A DNA stretch of 15,530 bases from Azolla caroliniana (taxonomy: Eukaryota; Plantae; Polypodiophyta), in the NCBI GenBank assembly GCA_043228905.1, contig JBHGNT010000796.1:1-15530 (forward strand). Direction: 5' to 3'. A program made the position numbers and the translations under genes. Under the pieces are notes generated by a model, which worked only from the letters and a program-made list of their open reading frames with translations, ran no database searches and was not told where the DNA came from. Of the stretch, positions 1 to 9,915 are shown one piece after another (the first letter of the stretch is position 1; each line of letters starts with the position of its first letter).

Positions 1-284
1 AAATCGGATCCATTCGATGGACTCTCGGAAATCACTCCAACCGAACTTCCGGAAAGGCGGCATGAAGAAGGTCCTAGAGGAGGAGATCGCGGCGAAAAAC
101 AATTATGCGACAACCGCGGGAATACGTGTGGGGGAGTCATCTGGAGCAAAGGCGTCTTTTTGGCCGGAAGTGCTAGAAATTTCGAAGAAAGCCGACCATG
201 AAGTGTTGCGGAATGTATCCGGGAAGGTACGGGATGTGAGTACCCTATAGATAATGTTAGGATTTTGGTCCCTCCGGATAGGAT

Positions 285-401
285 ATGAGTACCCGGCAAC
301 GGAAGACTTGGTGAGAACCGGATGATGAGTACCCGGCAAGGAAGATCTGGTGAGAACCGGATCATGAGTACCCGACAAGGAAGACTAGGTCTCACCGGAT
401 G
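285..401 (+). repeat. Three tandem ~39-bp repeats (ATGAGTACCCGGCAAGGAAGA.TGGTGAGAACCGGAT) in LTR U3
   Basis: Units start at 285, 325 and 364 and are directly visible. Confidence 0.9.
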
Positions 402-476
402 AAAGGACATATATGGAAATATGTTTCTGAGAGCCCATTGGGGCCATATCTGTAAATAGTCGTAATGTCATATTAG

Positions 477-484
477 TATAAATA
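477..484 (+). promoter_or_regulatory. TATA box of LTR 235-882
   Basis: TATAAATA downstream of the U3 repeats. Confidence 0.5.
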
Positions 485-576
485 TGACCTAGGGCAAACA
501 GTGTGTATCATTGTATAGTTATTATTTTGTATAGAGTTATTTGTGTAATTGTTGTACAAAGTGTAGCAGAAGAAAA

Positions 577-602
577 GAGAGAGAGAGAGAGAGAGAGAGA
601 GA
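577..602. repeat. (GA)13 microsatellite
   Basis: Perfect dinucleotide run. Confidence 0.95.
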
Positions 603-1344
603 CAGTGTGAGTCTCTGTTGTAACCACCGCCAGGCGAAGATTGAGATGAGAGTAAGAGGCCGTGGCCTCTGTGTTCATCTGTTGTATTCCTCTCTACATA
701 GTGATAGTTGGAGTTTGGGGACTCCCGTGGTTTTTCCCGTTTAGGGTTTTCCACGTTAACATCCTATGCATTCCCTTCAATCTATGTACCTACTTCCATT
801 TCTTATCTTTCTGTGTTTGATTATCATCGAAGTGATCTAAGTCTCGGTTGTGGCCAAAGATTATTCTGCATAGTTCCTGTCAGATAAGAATAGGGTACAT
901 GCGCTATGTCAATTGCATGAAGTGTATGTGGATGAAAAACGACGACGCACGGATGATGCGGCTGGACCATCAAAGACGCCGAAGAAATGGAACTTGGAAG
1001 GGAAGGGGAAAGGAAAAACAATTCCGGCATTCAAACTCACTTCGGACATCAAACAATAGACGGATCTAAAGAAGGTGTTCGAAGAGAGAATCCTTGATAG
1101 TAGGGTGGAATTTTCGCTTCGGGAATTACTCGAAATAGCGAAGGAGTTCCACGATCTTCTTGTGGATCTCGTGAAGAGAAAAAGACAAAATACGGAGGAA
1201 AATGCTCCAAGGGTGAATGCGAAGACCATTGTAATGAACGTCACGGAAGTGGAGGATGAAATACCGAACTCCCACTACACAAGGCCACACTAGGTACGTG
1301 CAACTACGGAGACTCCGGTCCGAATTGGCAACATCAAAGAGCCC

Positions 1345-1746
1345 GTGCTAGCATTGATTGATCATGCATCGGAGATCAATTTGATGTCCAAGGAGTTCTA
1401 CCGGAAGGGGAAGTGGCCTATAAACACTAACCATGGGTGGAAGATCCGGGCAGCCACTAAAGCAACGAAAGATCTATTTGCGGCTTGTCCGGATGTGACA
1501 GTGAAGATCAGGGATGTTGAGATCAACTAAAATTTCTTCGTACAAGACGAGGTCTCACATTCTATGATCCTTGGGAAACCCTTTATCATGGCTTCACGGA
1601 TGGAGACAAATTTGCTCAATACCGGTGCGACTTTCGCACGAATTCAGAGTCAAAGCGGAGGGAAATTCGTCCAATTCCTAACAGTGCCGGCAAATCATGA
1701 AAGGAACAAGAGAGAACTCTTGTCCCAAACAAGGATGGCTTTTTAG
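1345..1746 (+). pseudogene. Element A retropepsin-like aspartic protease
   Basis: ALIDHASEINLMS (degenerate D-x-G-S-E active-site region) followed by the ILGKPF motif. One internal stop at 1528-1530. Ends AF* at 1746. Confidence 0.75.
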
Positions 1747-3130
1747 AGCGGACTATTGCGGAGTGGGGAAGTGATAGTCGAAGAAGCCCTTATACCCCAC
1801 ACAAGACGAAAACTCTCGGAGCAAAACAAGTACGAATCGGTCCGGATGGGGCATCTCCGTACACGGCCATAACCGGAGGAATGAAGAAAGAATACCGAAA
1901 AGTAGAGGATAAGTTGCGATCGGCATCAATAATAGAAGAAGACAAAGAAATCGTGGGGGTAGTCGAAGAAGTGTTCTATGGGAGCACGCTACAACGGCTT
2001 GAAGAGCTTGTGGAGGATAAAAGCCAAGGAGACCGGGTAGTCCCAGTAGAAACGGTCGAGATGTATGAGATCATTGCAAAAATGGGGCCGGATGCGCTCC
2101 GCAAAGGAGAAGCAATGGTAAGTACAAAATACAAGACCATGGAGAAGAAAGTGAAACTAGCCACGGGACCGTTACCCGCCGATAGTGAGCAAACGAGGAA
2201 AGAAGTCTCGGGAGATCCGACACTTCGGAAGTACGTGGATATCGGACATGCCTTCACGGATGAGACCCGGAAGAAACTTTGGATCAGTGGAGGTGGTTTC
2301 CTTTTACAAATTGAAGAAGAACGATTCCGTGGGATATTGGAACAACATGGGAAAGCATTTGCATTCACATCGAAGGAGATAGGGTGCGTTGATCCCAAGA
2401 TAGTGGAGCTGATGGTGATCTTCATGATTGACCATGTGCCATGGAACCTGAAGCTGATTCCGGTGTAGCGGGCGCATATTCCCAAAATCATCGACTTGTT
2501 CAAGGGGAAGGTGGCGATGGGCATTCTAGAGCCATCAAACGCTCCGTACTCAAATCGAGGGTTTATGGTTCCGAAGAAGAATGGGTCACTCTGATTTATC
2601 CAAGACTTGCAACCGCTGAACAAGGTCACGATCCGGAACTCCGGAGTCGGTCTGATAGTGGACGAATTTGCGGAAGCATTTGCCGGACGCGCGATATACT
2701 CCATCGGAGACCAATACTCCGGTCTGGGTATGACTAATTCCAACTAGCCGTGGAGAGCCGAGACATCACTACCATGAGGACACGGATAGGATTAGTCTGA
2801 ATGTGCACACTACCACAAGGAGCGACAAACTCGGTTGCACATATGATGAACGCAATGAACAAGGTGCTTCGAGATTGCATTCCAGAGATAACGATGCCAT
2901 TCCTAGATGACATTCCGATGAAAGGATGTGCGGTAGAAGAAAAAGATGAAACTATGGATGATCGGGGATGCCGAAAGTTCGTAGTTGACCATATTTGTGA
3001 TGTGCACCTAACACTTTCCGGGGAGAAATCGGCATTCGGCCAAGAGGAGATATTGGTAGTCGGACATCTATGTGGGCCCTACGGCCAAAGACCGTCACGA
3101 ACCAAGATCGATGCAATTCAAGCTACGAAA
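1743..3130 (+). pseudogene. pol: Element A pol: reverse transcriptase, 3'-truncated
   Basis: KYKTMEKKVK, HVPWNLK, GILEPSNAPYS, VPKKNGSL*FIQDLQPLNKVTI, LPQGATNS, catalytic FLDD at 2900-2911, LSGEKS..VVGH. Several stops and a +5 frameshift at ~2720. Confidence 0.9.
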
Positions 3131-3472
3131 GTCACAATCCAAAGTCACTTGTGTCGTGGCTTTCGGCTTCGGATCGTTGCATGAGTCGGGTGGGAACCAC
3201 TGCGTTTTTGGACTAGGAGAAAGAGGAATATGAGATAAGGCTAGTAATGAATAGGTAGAAAGTGTGGTAAGATATGAATGTCGTGAATTCCACGTGTTTA
3301 GTGTATTTAATCAATATTTAGATTGTAAGAAAGAGAATTTTGATGATAAACTTGTGAATCCCACGAATATATTAGATTGATCAATCCTTGTAAAATAATC
3401 AACAACCCATACATCTTTCTCTCCTCCTTATATAAGGATGGAAGAGGCTAAGCATAGTTTCATGCTTTTTCT

Positions 3473-3635
3473 AAAGTGTTCATGCGCACTAAATGTGCAT
3501 GAGTTGTCTTTTACACTATGCTTTTATTTCCTAAATATAGTGCTCATGCTCGCTAGATGTGCACGAGTAAATTTTTACTGGTGTACATTTTTCTTATAAA
3601 TAAAGTATTCACGCATTCTAATAATGCATGACTTA
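3473..3635. repeat. About three degenerate ~64-bp tandem repeats with internal TCATGC..GCATGA-type dyads
   Basis: Units start near 3473, 3537 and 3602 (AAAGTGTTCATGC / ATAGTGCTCATGC / AAAGTATTCACGC). Confidence 0.65.
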
Positions 3636-3829
3636 CCTTTTAATAAAGGCAGGCTTAAATAAAGGTCTTATATGTATTAAATCTATATTTAGAACACTTA
3701 GGATAAGTTAGTACAATGGTAAGTTTGGGGTTTGTCTAGGTGGAGGTATAGGGTTCAAATCTTGCCCTATGCACGTAACACTCTTTTCTTCTATTTACAA
3801 ATTTTCCTCTGCATCTGGTGAGAGACTCT

Positions 3830-3990
3830 CACCGGCCTTCTTTATCTGACTCCTTGATCAGGTTCTTACCGGGTCCTCCTTACTGGTCCCTCCATCCGGT
3901 TCTCACCGGTTCTCCTTACCGGTTCCTCTTTGCCGGTTCCTCCTTCATCCGGTTCTCACCGCTTCTCCTTACCGGTTCCTCCTTGTCCCA
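3830..3990. repeat. CCGGTTC(T/C)-rich repeat block including a ~42-bp direct repeat with 53-bp period
   Basis: CATCCGGTTCTCACCG.TTCTCCTTACCGGTTCCTC occurs at 3893 and 3946. Confidence 0.85.
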
Positions 3991-4002
3991 TCCGGTGGGA
4001 CA

Positions 4003-4105
4003 AAAATGCAATTTTCACATAGTTTACGAATTACACTACGACAACGTGTATAGAATACTACGGTACATTCTGACCACGAGATATTATATGGTCATGCCCG
4101 TAACA
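4003..4105 (-). mobile_element. Element B 3' LTR remnant (U3 start)
   Basis: TGTTACGGG begins immediately after the PPT on the minus strand and is cut off by the LTR ending at 4002. Confidence 0.7.
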
Positions 4106-5400
4106 TACTTCCCCTCTTTAAAACATTGCACTCTTGCAATGGAAAGTTAGGGAAGTTAGTTCGGAGAGAATTTTCGCGTGCCCAAGTGGCATCTCTTATT
4201 GATTTACCCATCCACTTTATTTTAAATTCTCGTATTTCTTTAGTACGTAATTTTTTTGTTTTAACATCGAGAATTCTTTCTGGTACATGTGGTTTAGAAG
4301 ATAATTCTTCAGAAGTAACCAGAGTTTCCGCTGTAACTGTATTGTCACTAGAACCTAGAAGTTCTTTTAGACGACTCACATTAAAAACTAGATGAATTTG
4401 AAGACCATCGGGAAGAGTGACACGATAGGCTGATGACCCAATGCATTTGAGGATAGTAAAAGGTCCACAAAACCATGGGGCTAACTTAGCGCACTTACCA
4501 TTAGACAAAGTCTTAGAATTGTGAGGTACGCGTAAAAATACCTTCTATCGAGGGTTGAATACACAAGGTTGCCTATGATGATCGTCATAAAAACACGCTC
4601 TATCTTGAGCTTTTTTTATATTATCTTGTGCAATATGCAACATATCTTGCATATCCCGAAGAAAGTTTTGCGTAGTTCGCAACTCATCATGATGTATATT
4701 AACATCAATCGCGACTCGTGGCTGAAAACTATACATCAACATAAAAGGACTATATCTCGTTGATGTATGCTTGGAGTTGTTATAAGCAAACTCCAAATTT
4801 GGGAGATAACGTTACCATTTTGTTGGTTTTGTACCAACGTATGCTCGAAGCATATCCCCAATAATTTGATTTACTCGTTCTGTCTATCCATTGGATTGAG
4901 GATGATCCGTGGAGCTCATGCTCAATGTAGTTTCTAATTTCTTAAAGACTTGCGTCTAGAAGTCAGTAGTAAATTTTGGATCTTGATCACTCATGATATC
5001 TATCGGTAACCCATAAAAATGAAATAACTCATCAACGAATTGGTAAGCTAATTTAGGAGTTGTTACCGTGGTTTTAGTAGCAATAAATCTGGCCATTATA
5101 GTTAGTCTATCAACCACAACCCAGATGGCATCATGACCTTTTTGGGTGCGAGGAAGGCAAACAATATAATCCATGGATATACTTTTCCACTTATTATTGG
5201 GAATGTCATGGGGATGTAAAGGTCTTGTTGCTTTAAGTCACTCGACTTTGTTAACTTGACATTGGTGACATTTAGTCACATAGCTATGTATGTCAGGACA
5301 AATCTTACGCCAATAGAATTGAGTGGAGATGAGAACGAGTGTACGATGTATTCCAAGATGCCCTGCCGAGGGTGCATCATGGCATTAAAAAAGAATTCTC
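4092..5400 (-). pseudogene. Element B integrase with GPY/F motif and C-terminal chromodomain
   Basis: HHCC zinc domain (CHDAPSAGHLG...CHQC), ISMDYIVCLP, VVVDRLT, MSDQDPKFT, HPQSNG*TERVN, EFAYNN, KLAPWFCGPF, and chromodomain PERILD...EFKIKWMG...DATW. Fragmented by stops and frameshifts. Confidence 0.92.
4106..4119 (-). other. Polypurine tract of element B
   Basis: AAAGAGGGGAAGTA on the minus strand directly precedes TGTTA. Confidence 0.8.
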
Positions 5401-6170
5401 TTTTTGACCTCGGGCAAATCTGGAACACAAACAGTCCCATTACGGTAGAGCAGACCATTAGCAATGTGGAAGGATTCCTTTGAGGATGTGGTGGTGTTTG
5501 TTCCAGACTCAACTCTTGCCCAGTATTTCGCAAAATAACTGTCATCAGGATACTTTCCTCGAAGGTGATCATAAAGATCTTCTGTTATTTCAGTGAAGCT
5601 AAGCATGTGAACGTCACGGATGCGACTTAGTGCATCAACGATAGACTTCATGGAATCTTTACGATATTGTATGGAAAAATCAAAGTCCTAGATAAGATCA
5701 ACCCATCATGCCTTACGACCTTTTAGGTCTTGTAGATCACAAAAATATTTCAAGGACTCGTGGTCCGTAGTTACCACAAAGCGATTTCCATAAAGATAAT
5801 GGCGCCATGTTTTGAGTGCATATATAGGGGCAAATAACTCCTTTTCTTGAACAGTATACCGACATTGAGCAGAATCAAGTTTCTTGCTCTCGAATTTTAT
5901 TGGTTTACCATCTTGATAGAAGAAAACACCTATAACATAATCGCTTGCATCGGTTTCAACCTTAAAAGGTTTTGAAGGATTAGGTAAAGGAAGTAAAGGA
6001 GCCTTGCACACTAGGTACTTGAGTTCCTTAAAGGCGAGGTCTAGTGTTGCATTCCAGACAAAAGGTTTTGTAGACTTACACGTTTGACGTTTTAGAAGAT
6101 CAGTAAACAACGTTGAGAATTGGGAGTAATTACGAAGGGATTTTCGCAAAAATCCGACCAAACCAAGGAA
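5400..6170 (-). pseudogene. Element B RT connection and RNase H
   Basis: PFKVETDASDYVIG, KKLDSAQCRYTVQEKELFA, WRHYLYGNRFVVTTDHESLKYF, VDALSR. Confidence 0.92.
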
Positions 6171-6960
6171 TGATTGAACTTCTTGAATATTCCGAAGAGT
6201 GGGCCAAAGCTTGATTTTCTCGATGCGAGAAGAATCAATTTCAAATCCTCGTTCGGTTATGAGATGTCCATGATAAGTAATTGATTTCTTGAAGAACTCA
6301 CATTTTGAAATCTTCGCATAAAACTATTTGTCAGGCAATGTTTGTAAAACAAAGCGAACATGTTTAACATGTTCTTGTAATGTACGACTATAAACTAAAA
6401 TATCATCCAGGAAAATAACGACAAATTTTCCAAGTTGTTCTCAGAAAATGTCATTCATTTCTTGTTGAAATGTAGTCGGAGCTTTGGTCAAACCAAAAGG
6501 CATAACTAAAAACTCATAATGGCCATAGCGCGTACGAAATGTTGTTTTAGGAACATCGTCCTCACTTATACGAATTTAATGGTAGCCAGTACAGAGATCA
6601 AGTTTCGTAAAATAACGAGCTCCTTGGAGACGGTCAATTAGATCATTAGCCCGGGGCAATGGATACGAATTCTTGATCGTCACTTTATTCAAGCGTCGGT
6701 AATTAATACACATACGCCATGTGCGCTCTTTCTTTTTAACCAAGAGAATTGGTGCACCCCATGGAGATTGACTTATATAACCCATTCGTAAATAGTCCTT
6801 GAGTTGCTTAGATACCTCATCCTCTTCGGATTGACTTAAGCGATAAGGAGGTATACTTATTGGTGCAATGCCAGGTACAATATGTATACGATGGTCTATA
6901 TTATGTTTAGGAGGTAACCCATCTGGTAGTTCACTCGGAAAAAAAATCACGAAAATCATT
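6171..6960 (-). pseudogene. pol: Element B reverse transcriptase
   Basis: [67 protein letters not shown], and FLDD at 6402-6413. Internal stops present. Confidence 0.95.
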
Positions 6961-7101
6961 TAAAATTTCATCAAGTTGTTGTTCAAAATATGTTAATTGA
7001 ACCGAAACATTATCGATATTGTAAACGTGAATGTCCGAATCAGGTACACAATAAAATAGAGTAGAACAAGACAACTTGGATATTGATGGAGAGGAGACAA
7101 T

Positions 7102-7506
7102 CTAGAGGGATTGTTTTTTTACACATTGAATAAAATGAGTACAATCGTTCAGTACAAAAGTTATTGAATGATGAACCCAATCAATAGATAAAGAAGAGTT
7201 ATTATTATAGAACCAGGGATAACCCAGTATTACATCAGTAGTACAATGATTCGTTACATGGAAGTCTACTTCCTCTATATAAGTATCAATAGAAATTTCT
7301 AATGAAGGATTCGCCTTGTTGATGTATTGTACTCTTCCATCAGCCAAGTGCACTGTATAGGTGTGATCACTTACGGTGGGTTGGATTCCCCATATCTGAA
7401 CCAAAGGATCATTCACAAAGTTGTATGAACTTCCCGAATCAAACAAAAATTGTATGGGAGATCCATTGATATACTCATTTGCACGTACTAAATCACTGGG
7501 ACCCAA
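7102..7506 (-). pseudogene. Element B aspartic protease
   Basis: FLFDSGSSYNFV active site and DVILGYPWF motif. Confidence 0.9.
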
Positions 7507-7629
7507 TACATAGTGAGGGAAAGAACATTGACAATTACTTAAATGATGTCTATAGACCTCAAGGACATTAGGAATCTCACCTTTATGGTCTACAACTTTA
7601 GCTTTGTTGTCGTGCTCTTTCCGTTGGAG

Positions 7630-8514
7630 CTATCGACATTGCTCTTTTGTATGACCCTTCTTTTTGTAGAATATGCAAAAAGCATGTTGTCTCTTACAAT
7701 CGCGATCCATGAATTCGTTGGGTTTCTTGCGTTTCCTAGCGAATTGCGACTGCTTAATCCCGGGCGCTTCGTTGGGTTTGTTGTGGTCCTTCTTCGAAGT
7801 GCATTGATAGCGAAGAACTATTTCAACGGCCTCTTCGCAGGATTTTGGATCCTTATCGTGCACTATCCAGTGATAGTCCGAATTGGGGATGCCATTGACA
7901 AAACAAGATATTAACCAATTGTCCCCTTCTAGACCCAAAATTTGGATTTGGGTTCTAGCATGGTGGACATAGTCTTCTAGCGAAGAAAATTTCCTGCTAG
8001 AGAGGTTCATTAAAGCTTGAGCTGCCTCGGTTCGAGAGGGAGGTTGCAGAAATTGGCCCTTAAAAACTGTGACAAAATCTGTCCAGGTATCGGGCAATTT
8101 CCCCAAAGTTCGAAGCCCACGTCACTAGGCAGCGGCCTTACCCCCTAGTTCTTGGCCGACATATGCAATCTTCGTACTATCTAGCGTGGGATAGAGATCA
8201 AAATGAGACTCCCATTGGCCCAACCATGTGCAGATTGCTTCTTCAGTTCTTTCCTTTTTTTCTCCCGGAACTGGCTTAACGACAAACGATGGTTCACCCT
8301 GTCACTCATCAGGTTTATTAGTCTCACGTTGGAAACTAATGACACGTGCCTCGAGAGCACTTTGAGATTGCCGAAGTTCGGTCATCTATTGAGCGATGAA
8401 ATTAAGGTATTGGGTTATTTGCGAAAAATACATCTCAATGGACATTTGTCCAAGAGGATTTCCTTGAGTTCCTTCCGCTTGAGCGGATGACATTGGGTCG
8501 TTATTTTGAGCCAT
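7630..8514 (-). pseudogene. gag: Element B gag
   Basis: TWTDFVTVFKGQFL, SLEDYV and FVNGI (retrotransposon gag pattern), plus a degenerate zinc knuckle CIFYKKKGHTKEQC. Probable start MAQNNDP at 8514. Stops and frameshifts present. Confidence 0.75.
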
Positions 8515-9664
8515 TGAATGGTTATTTTTGGCAAAGAAATAGGGTAAGGTCAAACAAATAGTCATAACATCATGTCGTGATGTAAACATATCATGGGCAA
8601 ACATTAATCAATATCATGATCTCACGTGAATACCCCTCTAGACGTATGAGATGAGGTTCAAGATCAGGTTACTATGGTAACACAAAGGTGTTTTAAAAAC
8701 CATGGGGGTGACAAATAAATTTCTTTCCCTGATCTCTATATCGATTTTTTTCATGGAGACTCCCCAAGGCCCAACCATGTATGTTCGCGTCATGAATAGT
8801 TTATACACAAAAAAAATGTTAACAATAAACTATGTTTCGGTGCCCACATATGTGGCTTCGGCTCTTTAAGTCCTATTATGAGGACCCCAAAGTGCACTTA
8901 GACCTCAAGTCTAAAAATGTGTTATAGTCATATGTATCAAGAACAAGAACAAATGCATTAAACACTTCAGTTAACAAATTAGGTTGCTCTTTTTGAATGT
9001 TTAATGTTTCATGCATATAATCGATATGCAAGGCATTTGCCCATATATGTTTTTTTAAAAGAAACATATATGTCAAGAGTCCTTATTTCCCCCTCGTTTA
9101 CCACAAACTTTGTTGGTACGTTACCTAACCTCAAGTCTCGTAATTACGATGGCATACGCCAAAGTGCAACCTAATGGTGAAGCCAAATGAGCCCTCTTTT
9201 TGTAGTAGGCCCACGTGGCCCATCACATGGTTACATCATTACGAATGCCTTTCGTAAGAATGATCTCATGGTGACATCATATCCATGTAATCAGGGAGGG
9301 ATTTGGATATGTGTGTCCTAGGAGCGACCTCACATGAAGTGGGTTAAACCCTACGTACTCAACACCATTGTGGATATGATTGTTTCATTACGTAACGAAA
9401 TATCGAAGTGACCAACGGGGATGTCAACAAAAAATTGTTGAAAAAGGGATGGTGAAAACGCCATTCTCACAAAAATGTGAGGACAGCCACCAAGATCCTT
9501 TTCCCGACAAGGACAACATTCGATAGAAATCACGTAATATCAAATATACACATATGTTTACTTATCACATATATACGATCAAATACGTATACACGTGACC
9601 ACATATGTGTACATTAAACAAATCGTTACATCAAATAGCCAGAAATGATGTAATAGAGATACAT

Positions 9665-9915
9665 AATCGAGGCATATACCCTCTACGCACACGAAACATC
9701 CAAAAATAAAGGTACATCGTGATACGCAATTGAGGTATTGACCTCTTACGCATACGAGACCAAACACATATCATTTACAACGAAATCCAGGTATTGACCT
9801 CATACGCATACATAACATATGTATGTGAGCAATTGAGGTATTAATCTCGTGCGCATACGACATTAATCACATATTCAATATATGTCAAATGAGGTATTGA
9901 CCTCATACACATATG
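9665..9915. repeat. Five-copy array of a palindromic GAGGTATTGACCTC-ATACGCATAC motif in the leader of element B
   Basis: Copies start at ~9669, 9732, 9788, 9835 and 9891. Confidence 0.8.

Larger units (their letters stand above)
235..882 (+). mobile_element. Isolated (solo-like) LTR, ~650 bp, inserted in element A gag
   Basis: Starts TGTGAG and ends CCTGTCA (TG...CA). Contains U3-like tandem repeats, TATAAATA at 477, a (GA)n tract and a CGTGGTTTTTCCC..GGGTTTTCCACG motif typical of plant LTR R/U5 regions. Coding sequence flanks both sides. No TSD found. Confidence 0.7.
1..1344 (+). pseudogene. gag: Element A gag C-terminal/pre-protease region (DUF4100-like), split by an LTR
   Basis: ORF 17-250 (...KGGMKKVLEE...VSGKVRD) appears to resume after the LTR at 883 as DKNRVHALCQLHEVYVDEKRRRTDD...AFKLTSDIKQ*TDLKKVFEERILDSRVEFSLRELLEIAKEFHDLLVDLVKRKRQ, in frame with the protease. 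The family label is from recall, not a search. Confidence 0.6.
1..3130 (+). mobile_element. Element A: degenerate Ty3/Gypsy-type LTR retrotransposon internal region (gag-protease-RT), interrupted at 235-882 and truncated at ~3131-3151
   Basis: Fragments occur in gag, aspartic protease, RT order. Several in-frame stops and a frameshift are present. RNase H and integrase are missing because an LTR follows. Confidence 0.85.
3152..4002 (-). mobile_element. Isolated LTR, ~850 bp, at the junction between element A RT and element B 3' LTR
   Basis: TGTC...GACA inverted termini, an AT-rich body, a TATA palindrome at 3425-3438 and CCGG-rich repeats at the presumed U3 end. Orientation is inferred from a motif shared with LTR 235-882. 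No TSD found. Confidence 0.65.

Noticed and set aside
285-401. CRISPR-like repeats
   Set aside because: Units are head-to-tail with no unique spacers.
473-754. ORFs with ER/SL repeats
   Set aside because: These are products of the (GA)n microsatellite within an LTR.
1976-2743. 255-aa antisense ORF
   Set aside because: It mirrors element A RT codons and has no recognisable domain, so it is a shadow ORF.
3152-4105. A single 3' LTR of element B pairing with 10166-10535
   Set aside because: No similarity to the 5' remnant, and 3152-4002 has its own TGTC...GACA termini.
3818-4150. 110-aa ORF
   Set aside because: It is a translation of LTR repeats and spans an element junction.
8876-9767. Short ORFs in the element B leader as an extra or env-like gene
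   Set aside because: All are 66 aa or shorter with no motifs, as expected by chance.
9665-9915. Bona fide CRISPR array
   Set aside because: Eukaryotic retroelement context, no cas genes, degenerate repeats, irregular spacing and mutually similar linkers.
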